From: an archaeon
GTDB lineage: Archaea; Nanobdellota; Nanobdellia; Pacearchaeales; GW2011-AR1
DNA length: 64,000 bases
Direction of reading: 5' to 3'
Assembly (NCBI GenBank): GCA_018697035.1
Contig: JABHSE010000004.1
Location: 259,300 to 323,299, forward strand
The translations under genes were made by a program, and so were the position numbers. Shown one piece after another: positions 61,903-64,000 of this stretch. Each line of letters begins with the position of its first letter. Positions within the stretch are counted from its first letter, which is position 1. The notes beneath the pieces were generated by a model. It made no database searches, was not told where the DNA came from, and worked only from the letters and a program-made list of their open reading frames with translations.

Positions 61903-62457
61903 CTACCCCCCAAAACACAAATCCAAATCCTCCTTCTTCAAAACCACATACCGAAAATCCCCCGACCGTAAATCCCGAGAGTACCCTCTCCCAACACTCG
62001 CCGTAATAACCTCGCTCCCCTGTCTCTTAATAACATCCATCGCCGGCAAAAAATCAGCATCCCCAGACAACAATATACAAACATCACACTTAGAATCAAC
62101 CAAACAAAAATCAATCATATCAGCCGCAATCATAACGTCAACTCCTTTCTCAATCCTAAGTTTCTTCCCCATACTATTAACAACCTTCAACTTCCGCGTA
62201 TTCACAACAACCCCTTTCTTCTTCAGCCCCGCCAAAAAAACCATATGCTTATAATAATTCTCCTCGCCCAGGTCTATATCCGGTACCGAATTATAATACC
62301 TCACCTCGACAAAATCCAAACCAAACCTATCACAAACCAACTTCCCAATTTTCTCAAAATCTAAACCCCTCGGCTTCCGTACAATCGATTTCACATTATG
62401 ATACCAATTATTCCCATCAACAAAAACTATTGCACTTCTCTTATTCTCCAAAGCCAT
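61903..62457 (-). CDS. NYN/LabA-like (DUF88) ribonuclease-fold protein
   Basis: AIVFVDGNNWYH .. VDVMIAADM .. ILLSGDADFLP. The start is ambiguous (62457, 62481 or the track's 62487). Confidence 0.7.
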   Translation of the reverse strand: MALENKRSAIVFVDGNNWYHNVKSIVRKPRGLDFEKIGKLVCDRFGLDFVEVRYYNSVPDIDLGEENYYKHMVFLAGLKKKGVVVNTRKLKVVNSMGKKLRIEKGVDVMIAADMIDFCLVDSKCDVCILLSGDADFLPAMDVIKRQGSEVITASVGRGYSRDLRSGDFRYVVLKKEDLDLCFGG

Positions 62458-62539
62458 TATAAAAAAGGTAAAGCCCGGCATTCCCAAAGGTCATACCGGG
62501 GACGTAATACATATCATAAACATCAAATATATTTAAACC

Positions 62540-63088
62540 TTACTGTCCCAAGAATTTCATAAATTGGAAAGTCACTTGCTTAAATTCAGAAACTTTATCT
62601 GCTAGCCCAAAATTATGTTCTTTTGACTTAGGAGATGATGTATATACATAATCCAATAAATTCTTATAATTGAATTTCACAGCGTCTCTCTTTAGGCCAA
62701 AACCAAGCATATCATCTCCAACATAATTTTGCTCACTTAAAAATCCCAAAGCATGACTCACTATCATAAAATTCATTGGTCTAATCGAATTATTATCCAT
62801 AGCATATCTAATAACATCTGCTCCATATAAAAACTGAGAATCACTTAACCATCGAGCTCGCTGAGAATGCTCAGCAAAATCATCTATTATATATGGAAGT
62901 CCCAAAAACCTCTCTATCTTTTGAGAATATCTTCTATTAAACATCTTCCGCCTTTCATCTCCACTTTCTTTAAAAATTGAAAAATTTATTTCCGGGAAAT
63001 TCCATTCTTCATCATACTTTATTTCCAGGATATGAGAAGTTCCAAGTAATATCTTTTCAATTTCCTTTGAACTTTTTTCTTTTCCCAT
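62540..63088 (-). CDS. hypothetical protein; compositional outlier
   Basis: The ATG at 63088 lies 21 nt after a TATA-like GATTTATTATG. The track start at 63139 is a TTG. No family recognised. Confidence 0.5.
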   Translation of the reverse strand: MGKEKSSKEIEKILLGTSHILEIKYDEEWNFPEINFSIFKESGDERRKMFNRRYSQKIERFLGLPYIIDDFAEHSQRARWLSDSQFLYGADVIRYAMDNNSIRPMNFMIVSHALGFLSEQNYVGDDMLGFGLKRDAVKFNYKNLLDYVYTSSPKSKEHNFGLADKVSEFKQVTFQFMKFLGQ

Positions 63089-63122
63089 AACTCTTCTCAA
63101 AAAAATGACATAATAAATCTTT

Positions 63123-63374
63123 TCATTCAATATCTTCAATTAAACACTTAGCAACCCTATTTCTATAGATGTAACTCTTCTCAAAAAAATCACCTAAAGT
63201 TTTATTTTTATTAAAAACAACAAAATAAAGATATTTCATAGTATCTCCCCACATACCACAAAGATCCCTAACATCACCAGGGTGAGCCATTTTATCTAAC
63301 TCCGACCAACATAAACATCCAAGCTCTCTTTCAACTTTACAATAAACATCATGGAAATCTTCATCTATTCTCAT
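63123..63374 (-). CDS. small hypothetical protein; compositional outlier
   Basis: The ATG at 63374 lies 20 nt after AAATATTATAAAC. No family recognised. Confidence 0.45.
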   Translation of the reverse strand: MRIDEDFHDVYCKVERELGCLCWSELDKMAHPGDVRDLCGMWGDTMKYLYFVVFNKNKTLGDFFEKSYIYRNRVAKCLIEDIE

Positions 63375-63427
63375 ACTCAAGTCAATTCAAAACAGTTTAT
63401 AATATTTTATACATCCCAACATACATA

Positions 63428-64000
63428 TCACATCCGCCCTTCAACTTCCCCAACATATCTCTCCGCAAAATCCTTAACAAAAGCATACCTACCTACAGCC
63501 AATTCCCGAGCCTTAGGAGTATGAAACGAGTCAGGCGTAATCTTCAAAATCTTCTCATAAATATGATTAATCATAGTAGACTTACTCCCATCATAAACAT
63601 CCTTAATCGGAATACTTGGATCATAAAACGGCCTCCCCCACGCAACAGTCGCTTCAACCATCCTCACAAGAATAATCGCACCCAACGCATCAAGCCTATC
63701 CGCATCCTGCAAAACCTGAGCTTCCCGAGTCTTAGCCTCCAACCCCTTACTATAACGATGAACCGCAACCGAATGAACAACTGAGTCAATCTTCCCATAA
63801 GGAAAAGCCGTCTTCCTCAAAATACCAGGAACCATTTTAGCACCCTCCTCCGCATGACAAAGACTTCCCTTAAATCCAGTAGGCGTATCTCGCATCTTCT
63901 CCTTACTCCGCGCCACATCATGCAACAAAACAGAAGCCCGAACAATATCCATATCAACACTCTCACCTTGGCTAATATTCAAAGCCAACCCATAAACCCT
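63428..64000 (-). CDS. HD-domain phosphohydrolase; the N-terminus probably lies beyond the right edge
   Basis: LLHDVAR and DADRLDALGA motifs. The frame stays open to the window end (..RVYGLALNISQ), and the track start is a TTG. Confidence 0.7.
   Translation of the reverse strand, partial: RVYGLALNISQGESVDMDIVRASVLLHDVARSKEKMRDTPTGFKGSLCHAEEGAKMVPGILRKTAFPYGKIDSVVHSVAVHRYSKGLEAKTREAQVLQDADRLDALGAIILVRMVEATVAWGRPFYDPSIPIKDVYDGSKSTMINHIYEKILKITPDSFHTPKARELAVGRYAFVKDFAERYVGEVEGRM

Overview
AT-rich archaeal chromosomal segment. Archaeal markers: a thermosome, ribosomal proteins L35Ae and L10e/uL16, TruD, a tRNA-Tyr with the archaeal/eukaryotic C1-G72 pair, and TATA boxes about 20-27 nt upstream of most ATGs, so mRNAs are mostly leaderless. 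The gene content suggests a small-genome, DPANN-like archaeon (inference only). The top strand is C/A-rich and very G-poor whichever way the genes point. This strong strand skew produces many spurious top-strand shadow ORFs. Housekeeping content: an 11-gene NAD salvage/recycling supercluster (pncB-pncA-radical SAM-PLP enzyme-nadE-nadD-Nudix-pnuC-nadR-nadK plus nrtR), two DEAD-box helicases, two circularly permuted GTPases, a MutS-like ATPase, an ABC-2 exporter, ppsA, gltX, yggS, tRNA-Tyr and tRNA-Val. Most unusual observations: (1) three top-strand islands of Shine-Dalgarno-led ORFans with foreign composition, each ending in a unique strong hairpin followed by a conserved ~55-nt T-run/AT-rich module, with a fourth, apparently unoccupied copy of the module; (2) two homologous 91-nt hairpin elements showing compensatory base changes, each placed just after a stop codon; (3) a ~57-nt repeat inserted in frame into two unrelated proteins, plus a decayed intergenic copy; (4) a tandem HNH-nuclease array bracketed by direct repeats next to tRNA-Tyr, alongside a chimeric tRNA-Tyr-like pseudogene; (5) a radical SAM/PLP enzyme pair translationally coupled inside the NAD operon, and a perfect 9-1-9 palindrome in its promoter. 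No CRISPR array, rRNA gene, integrase or transposase was recognised.
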